64,000 bases of DNA from the human T2T-CHM13v2.0 reference genome, Homo sapiens (GCF_009914755.1 NC_060928.1), one strand, 5' to 3'. Counted from the stretch's first letter, positions 14,168 to 31,051 are shown. Translations and numbers: made by a program. Notes: a model not told the origin generated them from the letters alone.

Positions 14168-15031
14168 TGAATGTCACATTTCATTCTGGTTTTAGTAATA
14201 TCTATATTAGTTAGAGTAAACTGCTTGTTTTAATGTTGTGTTGGCCTCCAAATATATTTACAAAGGTGGTCATTTAAAAAATTTTTATACTAAAATAAAT
14301 GTGTACTCTATAGTATAAATTTTTTACACATTTATACTCTAATATTATGCAAACATTTATTTTCAGTAATTTTTATATGTATGTTATTAATTTTGTGGGT
14401 TACAAAGAGAAATATATCCATTTGGGAGGGAAGGCATTGGGTGATATATCTAATTTTTATTTTGAGTCTCAGAGTAAATCCGAGTTTTAAATCTCCTAAG
14501 CAACTACTTATAAATTCAGGTTAACTGAAAAGCTATAAAATAAGTGCAGATGAGAATCACATAATTACATTATATAAGGTTGTAGCTTAATGGAACTATA
14601 TCGACTGAGCTGCATTTTTAGAGCTTAGTTCTATGATCAACTCGATGTATGATGAACAGGTTTTCAAGGCTATATGCCTCAAAATTTTTAACACAGAATG
14701 GGCAGCTCTTTATGAAAAAAAATTATTCATAAGTAAATCACTGTGTGATATCTATTTTGCTCCAAAGTTTTGTTATAGTTATGGCTGCCTTCTAAAATGA
14801 CATTGAAGTAACATAATGCACATTTGCAAGACAATTTCTAAATGTAAAAACCTTACTTAGTCTGGCATAAATAAGACTTGATGAAGCCATGCAAGGTGGG
14901 GCTAGTCAGTATTGCACTCCTTCTTCCACCAAACCCGCCCACCTATCTAGTCCTCCACTATATCTCAACCAGGAGATGGCTAAGAATAAAATAAATAATA
15001 CAATACATAATAAAAATAAAAGATTAAACGT

Positions 15032-15393
15032 TCCTATGGACTGCAAGTTTGCATGTCTCCAAAATTCATATGTTGAAGCTTCAATCCCTATGGTGATGAT
15101 GGCAACTGGAGGTGGTGCTTTGGGGAGGTAATTCAGTCATACAGATGGAGCTCCTATGACAGGATTAGCACCTTATAAGAGGAGACTCAAGAGAGATGAT
15201 CTCTCTCCACCATGTCAAGATACAGCAAAAAGTCAGCCATCTGCAAAGCAGGAGGAAGGCCCTCACAAGACTGAATCTGCCAGCACCTTCGTCTTAGATT
15301 TCCCAGCCTCCAGAGCTGTCGGAAATAAATGTTTGTTACTTAAGCTACACAGTCTATGGCATTTTGTTATAGCACACTGAATTAACTAAAACA
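15032..15393 (+). mobile_element. MLT1A/A0-like MaLR solo LTR
   Basis: ctatggactg...aaaattcatatgttgaag...ttcccagcctccagagctg...aaataaatgtttgtt...tttgttatagc...actaaaaca. Confidence 0.88.
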
Positions 15394-15399
15394 AATAAG

Positions 15400-16860
<1,461 letters not shown>

Positions 16861-16869
16861 TACTATACA

Positions 16870-17172
16870 AGAGATCCTTGTGATGAAACTGTCCTATATC
16901 TTGACTGTGACAGTAGTCACATGACTCTACACATGTGATAAAATTGGTAGAACTAAATATACATGCACACACTTCCACAAATGAGTACATGCATAACTGG
17001 TGAAATCTGTATTAGGTCAATGGATTGTAACAATGTGATTTCCTGACTGTGATATTGTACTGCACTTATGCAAGATGTTACCATTTGGAGAAACTGGGTA
17101 AAGGGTATGTGAAATTTCTGTATTATTTCTTACAACTGCAAGTGAATCTACAATTACCTCAAAATAAAAAGG
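16870..17172 (+). mobile_element. L1MC/L1MD 3' UTR end
   Basis: gatgaaactgtcctatatcttgactgtg...atgcaagatgttaccatt...gtgaatctacaattacctcaaaataaaaa. Confidence 0.85.
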
Positions 17173-19751
17173 CAACATTTTTAAAAACCTTATTTAGTTA
17201 TCAAATGCAGCTTTATTAATCAAAAATTTCAAACATAAAGGATATTTCTCATAACTCATACATGCCAAGATTTTTTGCTAGACTTATTGTGGATATGTAA
17301 AATGGACCCCCAAATCTTAAAGCTTAGTAAAGTAAATAAAATCTTTGAAATACACAAAGAAACACTAAAAAAATCAGTCTTAAAGCAGTTCAGAGAAAGA
17401 AAAATTCATCATCAGTCAGAATGAGAGAGAAATACTCTCTTTCACAAAACACTGAAGTTGCTAAGTATGTACTTACAGGAGACATATCTAGATCCCTATT
17501 TCATCAATTGTCCGTGAATTTCTATTGAAATTCTCTAAATGAGAGACCACAATATACTGGGATGCCATCTCAGCATATAGACCTTGTAGCTGTAGTCCAC
17601 ATAAATATGATCCAGGTGTTACTAATAAGATAGAGTTGCCTTATTTAAAAAAATTAAACTATCTTCCCAAAATATGTATAAGCCTCCTATAGTTGACTAT
17701 AGTTGGTGAGACTATTTTACCATATTATTTCATTATAATGGTGCATCTGAACACAGGTACAATTGTAGTTTCGATAAAAATTGCAGTCACTAAAGAATTA
17801 GCATTTTAATACACAGTAGATAATATAAATGGCCTTAGTTTCCAAATGATTAGCAAGCATACATTTCCTACTGCAAAGAATTTTACTCATTAAAATACAC
17901 TTTATGGGAGTAATAGATATGTACTATGTGTTTGTTAGCGACCACAAATATAATGTACTGAACACCTTGTCAACAAATCGCATACATACTCCTTCCAGCT
18001 ATTTACACTATCGACTTGGTAAAACTATTTGTATCACAAATTATAACTTTATATAAATCCCATGTATCATGGGCTTCTTTGTGAAGCTCAGAATAATCCA
18101 AAATTCTTCACAACTCCAGCTAGACTGTTACTAAACTCATTTCATTCTGATGTGCCTTTTAAAAACTCCATAATATTTTATGTTGCCTTACAAATTCAGG
18201 AGCTACAGGTCATTTATTCCAGTGCTCTGACAGTTCTCATGAACTATCTCTTTACTATTTGAATTACAGTTTAGTCAACTTCAAGTTATAACTATGGTGA
18301 ACATTGATTAAAATTAGTCATTTTTCAAATCACAACATTCAACTCATAGATGTGAGCACTTTGGCTCATTATTTGATCCTTCATTCAAGGGATGATGAAA
18401 CAGATTGGAAGTATGCCTCTAAGAAACTGAGCTTCAGAGCAAAACAAACTCTCTACCCCAAAGCATCATTAATGTGTCCTAAACTGTGTATATTAAAGAA
18501 TGAAAAGTCCTTAGATTTTTAAGCACCATGACTTTCCAAAAATCAAGTTAGTTTAATAAGGCAAAAACTACCTTTAGTAAAGACATAAAGAAGTATTGAG
18601 CACTTACACTGTATTCTAGAAGAACACAACATCATGTGGGGTAGATTAAACGTTAGCATCAAATGTTACAGACTGAAACTCAGGCAGAGGTTAAGTCACT
18701 TGCTCCCAACCACAGCAGGAGTTCTGTCACGGTCAAGAGCAGCATGGCCTTCTTACACTTTCAGTCCAGGCCCAAGATTAATCTTTCAAGAGGAAAGGAT
18801 TTAATGGAGAAAGCTTGTAAATATTCATGAAGTAATAGCAAACTAAATATTACAGAAATCTCGGATAACGTTTAAATGCTCAAAATTGCCACCTACATAA
18901 ATGGAACCAAGATTCTCAAAAGAATGTAAAACATGAGAGTTTGTGTAATTAAAAGTTAAAGAAGCAAAAAGACTCCTGAGTCACATTGTCGTGATGTGGC
19001 ATTAAAGTACTTGTGTGGGAAGGGTTGGTCAAATCCTAAGATTGTCCCAAGAATTGCTATTTATTAAAGTTCTTATTACTAGATTAACCACAGGAAAACT
19101 TAATTGGCCATTAGCTTTAAAGAAAAACATCTATGGAAGCAAAATACCTTATTAAATATTTAACAGGACATGGCCTACATATTGCTTAATTTAGATAATC
19201 TAATTATAGCAAGCTAATGCACTTAGCTCATCATCATAATACTTGAAATTATTTACCTGAATTTGGCTCATCCTGACTTTGGTTCCTATGTTATATTTCT
19301 TATGCAATTGTTTTACCATAAAATGTCTTTACTTAAACAATTTTTCAATACAGGATCATGAGTGCTTAAACTATATATATCTAGTTTGAACATGTACATA
19401 GAGTAGTATATATATATATATATATATTAGTTTTTTGTGAAAAGACTTGTGGTTCTAGTTGGCACTTCATCTAACAATTTAGCATGTAAAATTAATACAG
19501 ATACTTAAAAAATGTACACTACTATTGAATTTACAAAAATGTTACAGAAGTGAATTCAACAATGTACAGACAGGTACACTATATGGATACATTTAACCAA
19601 AAAAAAAAGTAATATTCTAAACAGAAAACATCAGCACAGAGGGCAGATTAAATTAAGTGCGAGAGGCAATAAAGTTTACATCAGAATGGGCAAGTAATGC
19701 CCAAGGAAAATTTGATCATTAAAAGGGAAACAGGTGTAAGGACAGAGTCCA

Positions 19752-22470
19752 AGCAAGTTTGGTGAATTCTTATCCATTCTGCCATTCTGTATCTTTTAAG
19801 TGGAGCATTTAGGCCATTTACATTCAGCTGTAGTATTGAGATGTGAGGTACTATTCTATTCATCATGCTAGTTGTTGCTTGAATACTCTTTTTTTTTCCA
19901 TTGTGTTATTATTTTATATGTCCTGTGAGGTTTATGCTCTAAGAAGGTTCTATTTTGGTGTATTTTGAGGTTTTGTTTCAAGATGTAGAGCTCCTTTTTA
20001 ACAGTTCTTGTAGTGCTGGCTTGGTAGTGGCAAGTTCTCTCATCATTTGTTTGTCTGAAAAAGACTGTATCTTTCCTTCATTTATAAGACTTTGTTTAGC
20101 TGGATACCAAACTCTTGGCCAACAATTGTTTTGTTTAAGGAGGCTAAACATAGTACCCCCATCTCTTCTAGCTTGCAGGGTTTCTGCTGAGAAATCTGCC
20201 GTTAATCTGATAGGTTTTCCTTTATAGGTTACCTGATGCTTTTGCCTCACAGCTGTTAAGATTCTTTCATTCTTTCTTTCATCTTCATTTTAGTTAACTT
20301 GATGGCTATTTGTCTAGTTGGTTATCTTTTTGCAATGAATTTCCTGGGTGTTTTTTGAGCTTCTTGTATTTGGATGCCTAAATCTCCAGCAAGGCAAGGG
20401 AAATTTATTGAGGGAATTAGTCCCTCAAATTTGGTTTCCAAACTTTTAGATGCATCTTCTTTCTCGGGCATAGCAATTGTTCTTAGGTTTGGTTAACAAA
20501 ATCCCAGCCTTCTTGGTAGCTTTGTTCATATTTTTTTTAATTCTTCTTTCTTTGTCTTTGTCAGATGAAATTAATTGAAAAGCCTTGTCTTCAAGCTCTG
20601 AAGTTCTTTCTTCTACTTGTTTGATTCTATTGCTGAGACCTTCCAGTGCATTTTGCATTTCTCTAAGTATGTCCTTTATTTCCAGAAGTTGTGATTGTTT
20701 TTTATTTACCTGTAGCATTTTAAAATTTCTTTATGTTGATATTTACCTTTCTCTGGTTCCTCTCTGAGTAGCTTAATAATCGAACTTCTGAATTCTTTTT
20801 CTGGCAATTCAGATATTTATTCTTGGTTTGGATCCATTCCTGGTGAGCTAGGGTGATCTTTTGGGGGTGTTAAAGAGCCCTTTTTGTCATATTATCAGAA
20901 TTGTTTTTCTGATTCCTTCTCATTTGAGTAGACTATGTCAGAGGAAAGATCTGGGACTCAAAAACTGCTCTTCAGATTCTTTTGTCCCACAGGGTACTCC
21001 CTTGATGTGGTGCTTCCCCTAGGGATGGGGCTTCCTGAGAGCCAGATTGCAGCAATTGATATTTCTCTTCTGGGTCTAGCCAACCAGCGGAGCTGCCTGG
21101 CTCTGGGCTGCTACTAGGGAGTGTCTACAAAGAGCCCCATGAGGTTATCATCCTCGGGTCTCTCAGCTGTGGATACCAGCACCTGCTCTGTTGGAGGTAG
21201 GAGTGGAGTGAGGTGGACTCTGTGTGGGACCTTGACTTTCGTTTTGTTTAGTGCACTTGTTTTCTCGTATGCTGGTTGTGCTGGCAGTAAAGTTGTCCTG
21301 TAGACATACTGAGGATCTCTGGTTAGACAAGATGTTACAGGTGGTAAAGTTAGCTGTTGTTTTTCTCCTTTGTGGGGCAGGGTTGTTCTTTTATGAGTTG
21401 CTGTAATGGCTTGAGTTGGTTGGCCTCCAGCCAAGAGGTGATGCTTTCAAGACAGCATCAGCTGTGGTAGTATAGAAGGGATACAAGCTTGCCCTAAGGT
21501 CACCTGGATAAGTACTCAGGTTTCTCAGGTGGTGGGTGTGGCCACAGAGCTCCCAAGAGATTATGTCTTTTGTCTTCTACTATCAGGGTGGGTACTGAAA
21601 AACCATCAGGTGAGGGCAGGGTTAGGAATGCCTGAACTCAGACTCTCCTTGGGCAGGGCTTTTGGGGTGTGGTTCTCAGGCCGATGGAGTTATGTTCCCA
21701 GGGGGATTATGACTGCCTCTGCTGCATCATACAGGTCACCAGTGAAGTGGGGGAAAGCTGGCAGTGCCAGGCCTCACCCAGCTCCCATACAGCCAGAAAG
21801 GCCAGTCTCCTGCTGTGCCCCTCCAGCAGCACTGAGTTTATATCCAGGCAGCCAGCGAGCAGGGCTGGGACTTTGCCGCAAGCTACCAGTCTCTCTGCCG
21901 AGAAATCAAGCAGGGCTTTCAGCTTCACCTCTCCCTACTATGGCTTCTGTGCTCATATCTGCACTTCCCATTTGCCCTCCACCCCCAGATTCTGCCCTGA
22001 AAAATTTTCACTCAGTTGAAATTACTACAAAGTTCAGCTGAAAGTTTCCTTCTCCCTGTAGTCTTTCCCCAGTTCCACTGGCAACGCTCCCCAAGGGCCC
22101 CTGTGAGATACGGTCTGGAATGGGTCCCTGAGCTTCCCTGAGGACCAGGAGTGCCTACAGGGCTCTTCCCTGCTGCTGCTTCTACTTTTATATTTTACTC
22201 AGCTCTCTAAATTTATTTCAGCTCTAGGTAAGGTTAAATCCTTCTCCCATGATCTGGATTTTCAGGCTTCCTAGTAAGGATGTGTGTTCACTGGCAGACT
22301 TTCCCCCTCTCACACCTTGGACACTCCCAGTTTTTTGGCTATCTCTCAGAATTTGCAGTGGCAAACCACTTCTTTCAAAGGGTCTGAATTCTTTTGGTTT
22401 TCCTAGTATGTCCCTCTGGTATTTCTTGGAGCAAAAGTTCACAGTGTAAGTCTCCATACACTGTTCTGTC
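19752..22470 (-). mobile_element. L1PB-type LINE 5' half (5'UTR, decayed ORF1, start of ORF2)
   Basis: Minus-strand peptides QVTYKGKPIRLTADFSAETLQARR (ORF1) and MNRIVPHISILQLNVNGLNAPLKRYRMAEWI (ORF2 endonuclease N-terminus); GC-richer 5'UTR at 20.9-22.47 kb. Confidence 0.93.
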
Positions 22471-22882
22471 CAGCTTCAGGGATGATTTTTAAGCAGCTAT
22501 GAGATGTAGATGTACAAAGTTGTAATTATTTCTTTACAGTTGCACCCAACTTAGTTCACAAGTGTTTGTTTGTACTGATGGAGAAAAGTGCATCTTATCA
22601 ATTTAAAGGAATTCAGTTACTTCTGATTTTCAAAAATGGTTCATGTAGGGATTTAAACAGTTAAAGGTTTCCCACCTCCCAGGGATGATGCATAGTCTTA
22701 GCTTGCTGACACTGGGTGAAGGATATCTGTTCGCATCCTGTACTTGACCCACCAGCCCACTGAGCAGAGCTGCGCTCCTCTCCCTTGGGCTTGTGTGTGA
22801 TGACAGTGGATGGTCTGTGGTCTTGAGATTTACACAGTCCGGATTCTCCGAATATTTAGGCTTCTCTGTGGTTATTTTATGA

Positions 22883-23253
22883 TGTCTTAGGTCAGGTTGC
22901 CTAGAAACAGACTCAGATTCATTTGCGTTCAATTTAACAGGGAATGCCCTAAAGATCAATCCCCATGTGAAGTAGTGCAGGAAAGAGGATTGAACACTGG
23001 GTGTGATAACAATAGAGGCCTCAGGGGAGTTCTGCAGCTGTCCTGAATTAACCCCCTTTCGGGCAAGGTGGAGAGGCCTTTATAACCAGCACCTCCTATT
23101 GGCTGGCTACTGGAACAGAGTTGGGCTCAGGGCAATTCCAGAGAGACACTCAGCAAGGAGAGCCCTCAAACACCAATACTCCCAGCACCTAAAAAATTTA
23201 GGGCCTCAGTTCTGAAGGAGAACTCAGGATGGCACAGCACGGCATTCATTGCA
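22883..23253 (-). mobile_element. LTR16A-like ERVL solo LTR
   Basis: tgtcttaggtcaggttgcctagaaacagac...aatactcccagca...cctcagttctgaagg...cattgca. Confidence 0.7.
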
Positions 23254-23569
23254 ATTAGACTCAATTCATCAGAACTGTGCCTTTGCACTCTGCTCGAACC
23301 CTTCACCACCCTCAGACCCAAACCAGGGCTAAGGAGCTCTTAGCATTCAGGAATTAGTAACTCTATATGCATATCTATCTTTATATGTTACATTAAGTCT
23401 TCTTCACTAAGACTGATAAATTCATGAGGACAAATATTTTTGTTTAAATCACTTTCAAGTACCCAGTACCTTTATACATTTTACTGGTAGCACATAATAG
23501 ATTTTTATTAAATATTTAATCTATTAATACAGAAATCTTGTTTTCAATGTTAGCTATGTAAATGCTAGT

Positions 23570-23722
23570 CAGTGGTGAGGCAGCACTCAAATTACCTAGC
23601 ACTTTGTAAAAAACATCTATTTCTGAATCCTAAACTAGACCTACTGAACCAGAATTTCCAGGGCTGATCTTAGAAAAACAGGTATATTTGTAACAAGCTA
23701 CCTATTTGAGCTACAGTGCAGC
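23570..23722. mobile_element. MER5-like hAT relic
   Basis: aaattacctagcactttgtaaaaaac...agacctactgaaccagaatttccaggg. Confidence 0.55.
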
Positions 23723-24044
23723 ATTGACCCAAGAAATTTCTACTGGGTTTCAGCTTTCATGACTCCTCACATATTGGAAATAATAATTTTCAATTATTGA
23801 ATCGAGTAATATTCAATTATTCAAATAAAGGAACCAAAGTTCCTTTTTATATCATTGTCCTCCAAACAAAATAATCTTTTTCTTAGTTTTCTTATTTGGT
23901 TTTCTAGTTGTCGTTCCAACGTAAAAGATTTTTTTAAATGTAAGAAAAAAATACATAGGTAAAACCGTATGGGTGTTCCTTAAATATGTATATAATTATA
24001 TTTGTCAATTTTACCTCAATAGTGCTGAAAAAATTAATTACTGA

Positions 24045-24590
24045 GTGACTAGCAATTTTACTTCTATGTATATACATCCAAAAGAATTGAAAGCAGGATC
24101 TCAAAAAGATTTGTATATCCATGTTTATAGCATCATTAGTCATAATAGCCAAGAGGGGGAAGCAATCCAAGTGTCCATCAGCAGATGAATATGTAAATAA
24201 AATGTGGTATATACATAAATGTAATATCATTCAGCCTTAAAAGGAAGGAAATTCTGTCGTCTACTACAACATGGATAAACCTTAAAGACTTTATTTAAGT
24301 GAAATAAACCAGCCACAAAAAGACAAATACTACATGATTCCACTTATGTGAGGTATCTACAGCAGTCACATTCATATAAAGAGAAGGGAGAATGGTGGGT
24401 GTCAGGAACTGGGGGGAAGAGGAAATGAAGGGTTGATATTTAATGGATACTGAGTTTCAAGTTTTACAAGATGGAAATGTTCTGGAGATTGCACAACCAT
24501 GTGAACATGCTAAACTCTACTAAACTTTTACACTTCAGAGGGTTAACATGGTATATTTTAAGTTATGTGTATTTTAACAATATAATTTTT
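24045..24590 (+). mobile_element. L1MB 3' end
   Basis: aagaattgaaagcagg...aagtgtccatcagcagatgaat...aaaagacaaatactacatgattccactt...gttctggagat. Confidence 0.9.
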
Positions 24591-26474
24591 TTGAAATTAT
24601 GTAAAGAAAATACAACCCATATTTTAGTTTCTGGGCCTGAAACCTATTTCTGATGGCCAGGTAGTGGCTCACAGGAAATAGAGGGAGTTTGAGCCATGCA
24701 TTCAAACTGGATACATCACAAGAGCAATACAGGTTCAACACATCTTCACTAACATTTTGACTAAGATTTTAATCTCTTAGGAATGACTTGTCATCTGTAA
24801 GTAGAAGCAAACAGAGCCCATATCTGCAAGAAGGTGGAGGTCGTATACTGATCATTAAACTCATTAAAACGTGGAGTAGCTGGAAAGTAGTTATAAAATG
24901 ACTTCCTGGGAGCCATGATTTATTCTGCATCAGTGGTTTCTATTGTCAGTAAGTGCTTTTACCACCAGCTCAACCTGGAATTTAAAAAGAAAACTCCTCT
25001 ACCTTTTAGTTTTTAAACTATATCCTTTCTATTGTCAGAACATTGACAATTGTGTGGATAAGATCAGAATGAGTCATCTCAGCTCTTCTAGTTGAAATGA
25101 CTACACCACCATAAGAGTTTGTTTTTTAACACTTGATGCTGAGATTTAAAATTTCTGAGGGACCAAATAGAGTACAAAAAATGTGTAATAGCATTTTTTA
25201 TTAACAATACAATCAATTTCCAGGCTAAATTAAAAGAGCATGAAAAAATTAAATTCATAGCTTATCCAAACCTAATTTTGATATTCATTTCAACCATTCT
25301 ATTGATCTAAAAATATAGCAAGTTCTGGTTGATTCTTTTAAAAAGATGCATAGTCATAGGTTCAATAGGTGATTCCTAAAGGCAAGCACAGTTATTGAAT
25401 TTTCCAAAACAGTCTCAATGTCACATATTCTGCCCCAGTATGCTCACAAAGGCTTTTAAGACTATAAATCGTGCTTTCTTTTTTTTTCAAATTATAAAGT
25501 CAGAGTCACCAAAGGGATCCTGGCTATTTATTATACAGTTTCTGGACTACAGGAACATGAAGTCTTAGAGAAATAATGATAAATAGGAATTCTTGATAAT
25601 ATAATTTTTTCATCTATTTTTCTTCTTAATTTTGGGAGAAATGTTTGAGAAATGTCTAAAAATTAGCAAGCCAAAATCAAGAAGTTGAAGGAAAAGATTC
25701 TGGATAAATAATTTAGCCTAAAAATAATGTGTGGTCCTGATTTAATTAATTCTTAAGTATATTGTTTTTAAGGAGAACAGTACATATTGTAGATTGAAGG
25801 CTTATTCATTTCACATTTGTACTAGAACTGTTACATATGATGCAAACTCTTCCTCATTTTTTTAGAATTTAGAGAACGGTGAAGATGATGATAGGATTTA
25901 TGTGCCATTTCTGCAGAGTATAAAACATTCTCTTATTTTAAATTAAAATGATTTAATTTATTTTTGGAACATCTTTTTGATTCTTTGGTCTCCCAATATT
26001 CAGGTCAGAGATTTAGCCATAAAAATCAATTTTCGAATTAATAACTCATTATAACTTCTTAATCGATAACATTTCAAATTACCTAAACAACTTTTGAAAT
26101 CTTTAGAAAGTGACCTAAATATGCATACATAGAAAAATAAATGCAATTACTGTTCAATAGTAGAATATAATGGTAGATTATGTAATTAAGGTATAGTTAT
26201 TCTGATATGATTATCATGTTTCAGAAATATTATTTCATTATCTTAGAAGTCAATTTGAGTGTAGGAAATAAAGACACTAAGGTTTCATTTTCTAAACTAT
26301 TTTCCTATCTGCAAACCAATGATGCTGTGAGGGAAAGGATATTGGAAAGCATTTACAATGCATGGAGAAGAGCACATAGTTACGAAACTCAGTGTTGACT
26401 ATCATGAATAAAAGCAAGTCTCAGGGCCATTCACAACTTAAATTTTATTGTTCGAAGAATGTATTTTAGAACTT

Positions 26475-26650
26475 ATATGTATATACACACACACACACAC
26501 ATACACCCACACATTGTCAACTCCTGCAAATATATATATATAAATATGTTTAAATATAAATACAAGTAATGTATAAATATATATTACTTTGTAAATATGC
26601 AAGAGAGATATATATGTAAGATATATTTAAGATATTTATATATGATATAT
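26475..26650. repeat. (CA)n and TA-rich low-complexity tract
   Basis: Seen directly. Confidence 0.8.
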
Positions 26651-27469
26651 TTAAAAATTAATGGTCACTTTCCTTGCAGCAGTGATAAATAAGCATAGAA
26701 TAATAGAAATTCTATTAAAGCAAAAAAGCAACAGGGCTCAAAACAAAGTCCCATGTAACTAACTACCTTGCCTTATCTAGTAGTTGACCAACCCTCTTCA
26801 CCATCAATATGGACACTTTATTGCCAAATGATTGCTTGTGTCATCTCACATGAAAATCAATTACCTGAATGTTTTCTTTTTCTCTTTCCTTCTTTCTTTT
26901 TTTTTTTTTAATTTACTTTCCAAGGGTTGGGGGAGGAGTAGGGCATAGTTGCCTATGGATTGCATGGTTTCTTCCACTGACAAAGACACTTTGTATCTCT
27001 GTCTTGCTCTACATTTTACTTAATTGAAATAGGATAGCAGTATTTAAAGTAATTTTTTATAAGTACTGAGCGAAATAGATTGAACTGAGTTGATTTGGGT
27101 TCCTTGCCAATCTTGACTATTCAGACATCTTTTCTTTTTGCCTTGCCTCTGCTTTTCTTCCTTCCTGGTCAAGTGAATTTTATATGGTTCAGTTCTTGAT
27201 GACCTGTGAAACAAACTAATAAATCTAATAGCTTTAGAAAATGTCACATGTAGAAAATAGAAACTTCACTCTAATAGTCCTCCTAAATTATGATGCTATC
27301 ATAAAAAAAAATAGGGCAAGACTTCTCCTTGGGCCAAACTTTTCAGTAAAAGGATTAGCTGATAATTATAGTGCAAACTCATAAAAGAAAAATTATGGCA
27401 CTTTTCAGGAATATTTTATTTTTAAAGTTATTCATTATTAATAGTAATATGTCGTACATGTATGAGTGT

Positions 27470-27650
27470 TATAAATCTAAAGCAATTTCAGAACCATTGT
27501 CTCATTTAAACTGTACAACAACCCACTGTGGCAGGCTTTATTATTCTTATTTTAAGGAACCCAATACTAAAGAAGTTAATGTCGGTGTCAATACTGCAGC
27601 AAGGACCTGAACACAAATCTCCTGATACATAATCTATTGTTCATTATAGG
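27470..27650 (-). mobile_element. MIR SINE
   Basis: tctcatttaaactgtacaacaacccactgtggcagg...ggacctgaacacaaatctcctga. Confidence 0.6.
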
Positions 27651-29753
27651 GCTCTGCTGCATTCTTAGTAGCACTGTGTCTTACATTTCTGAAATAATTG
27701 TAATGTACAAAGGATAAGTTGTTTTATTTTATTTTATTTTTATACACAGTTCTCACTAGACAACTGTTAATGGAAATTATTCCACATACCAATAAACTTT
27801 GCATCAATGTTTATATCCATTTAAAATCATATATACTGTTATTTTGTGAACAAGTTGTTTTTTGTTTGCTCATTTATTCATTCATTCTTTTTTTACTCCC
27901 TTGGGTACAGCATTTTGAGTCAGTCTTTTCGTTTTTTTTTTCAACTGGATTAAAAATATTTGAATACCTATAGAAAGTTGTTTCCATTGAAAACATTTCT
28001 TATTTTCCTCTGTGAAGAATGTTGATGAATAATCAGAGCTTCATGTTATTAGTAATATTTATTTCAAAATTAAACTGTTTTCTTAGGGAGGACAAGTATT
28101 TTGGTGGCTAAATGTTTGAGATTCTTATCTGAAAACTCAACTAACATATTCTCATATCTGGTCATGTTACATACAGATCCATTTACTATTTCCTTTATTG
28201 TTAAGTAGTCAAAGTTACTGTTGAATGAATATATTTTGTAGATGTTCTATTTATCTATATTTACAAAAATAAAACACACACTAAAGCAGCAAAGTTGCAA
28301 CTTTCAAAATGTCACTTTGAGTAAATGTTGCATCAAGAACTTGTTAGTCAAAAATAGATTTTTCCCTAAATAGGTGTAAACAATTAAAATTGTGGGAGTT
28401 TAGAGGAAAAAGTGAAAAGATGTTTTCTTTATTTGCAAGAATGTATATTTTCTCAGAATTCATGTAATTTCAAGATAGATATTGCTAAAAATAAATATTG
28501 ATGATAATATCTGTAATAATACTATCTACAAATGGCACAGACTGGAGTATAAATAGGTTGCACATTCCATTAGTCATTCACTATTTAAAATGAGAATACT
28601 AAACTTTAAGACAGTATCTGTTTTGTCCTACACTGCCATTTTTTCATTCCTTAAAGACAATTTGCAAATAGCCTTTCAGCACTTGACTGACAGAAAAATT
28701 CTTCTGACAGTTGGTATAAAACATTTTACCACAAACAGAACTTTGGCATCTCTAGCACATTGCAGACATCTGTTACAATATGCCATAATTTTTAGCACCT
28801 CATCATAAAGGCAAATCCAGAACTATGATCTAAATATAACTAGCATATTTTATATGGGCTTTCCTGCTGTGGACTGCCAATTACGAAGCATGAGTAATGA
28901 AAGAAGGTACCCTTTAGAGCAGCCAATTCTCAGAAGCATTAGTTTTCTTTAATATTCTACTTTCATTCCAGGAATGGGCAAGACAACAAGTAAGACATTT
29001 CATGTCACTTCAGGATAATATCATGTAATTTTAGGGTAATAAAGAATTCATAAGTGATCAGATAGGAGAAAGTTCATTTACATTCTCTCCAGAGACTTTT
29101 ATCTCTTCAGATGTGACCTTGTACAATTAAATCTATTTCAAATATCCAGAGAAATGGCAGCTAAGCAGACAATGGAATGCTTCATTTTATGTTGGACTGA
29201 AATAAAGTGAAATTAAATTATATGAAAACAGTCAAATGTAATAGGAGATAAAAGGTTCCACTGAAATTCTTGCTATCTAATCTTATTCATTAGAATTTTC
29301 TAGAAGGATGATTATATTGTGTGCTACGTAACTTGATTTTAAAACTGGCATTTCATTAATATCCCCCCAAAAGGACTGAAATTAAGTGTCCCAGAGAGTC
29401 ATTTGTAAATGCTATTTTAATTCAGATAATTTATATAAGCAGTTGGACTCAATATAGAGAATGTGTCCTTTTAAAATAAAACAGGCTTTTAAGAAAAAAA
29501 TATTTTAAGTCTTTGTGTCACAATTGAAATTTTGATTAAATCTTTAAGAAAGATAATTAAAACCATATCTAATGTGTTTTTTTAAAGAAAACTATTTAAA
29601 GGGATACCAAGTGAATTATATAAGAATTACTTTTCACAATAAAAGTAATTATTAAAAGGCACAAATGTAATTTTATCAGGATACTTTTATATTTGCATTC
29701 TCTTAGTTGATTATTATCTTTAAACATTTAACTTCTCTTCCATTCTCTGGTTA

Positions 29754-30069
<316 letters not shown>

Positions 30070-30745
30070 AAAAAGTGTATTTTACTGTAATCAATCTAAT
30101 TATGAGGATGAGGGTTTTCATTCAATGTTGATTTATTACCACGCCATTTGTCATTTAAAAGGTGTTTTCTTAATTCATTGCATTATTTGACTTTTCTTAT
30201 GATATCTAATACATACATAGAAAAGCATAGAAATTTTGTTCTGTGTGCAACTGAGTAATTTATTACAAACCAAATGTTCCTGTAACTACTACCTAGGTCA
30301 GGAAAATGATCACAGTAGCACCCTAAGTCCCTCTCTTGATTGCTCTCAATAGCCAATTCCTGTCTTCCATCGTAAGGTAACCACTATCCTGATGTTTATC
30401 GTAATAAATTTTGCTTTTATTTATAATTTCAACACCTAAGCACACATCTCTAAACATTTTGTCTCTTTGTTGGATTTGCATAAATAGAATTATATATTAC
30501 TCTTGTTAAGCATTATGTTGAGGGACTCAGGATGTACTTTGTTTCATTAATCTTGGTTGTTGTATAATGTTCGACAATATGAATATATCACAATGCATTT
30601 ATGCATTCTACTGTTCAGTAACATCCTTAAACCTGAGCAGACACTCAGACCTGGCTGTGTTTTAAATGACACCACTCTGTCTTTCCCCAGGCTCCCCAAA
30701 GACTGGAGGACCAAGATAAAAGGACAGAATATACATTTTTAGCAC

Positions 30746-31051
<306 letters not shown>

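Noticed and set aside
19681-22041. L1 ORF1/ORF2-like and 5'UTR ORFs as functional genes
   Set aside because: Broken by stops and frameshifts; ORF2 is truncated; the 170-aa + strand ORF is antisense 5'UTR.
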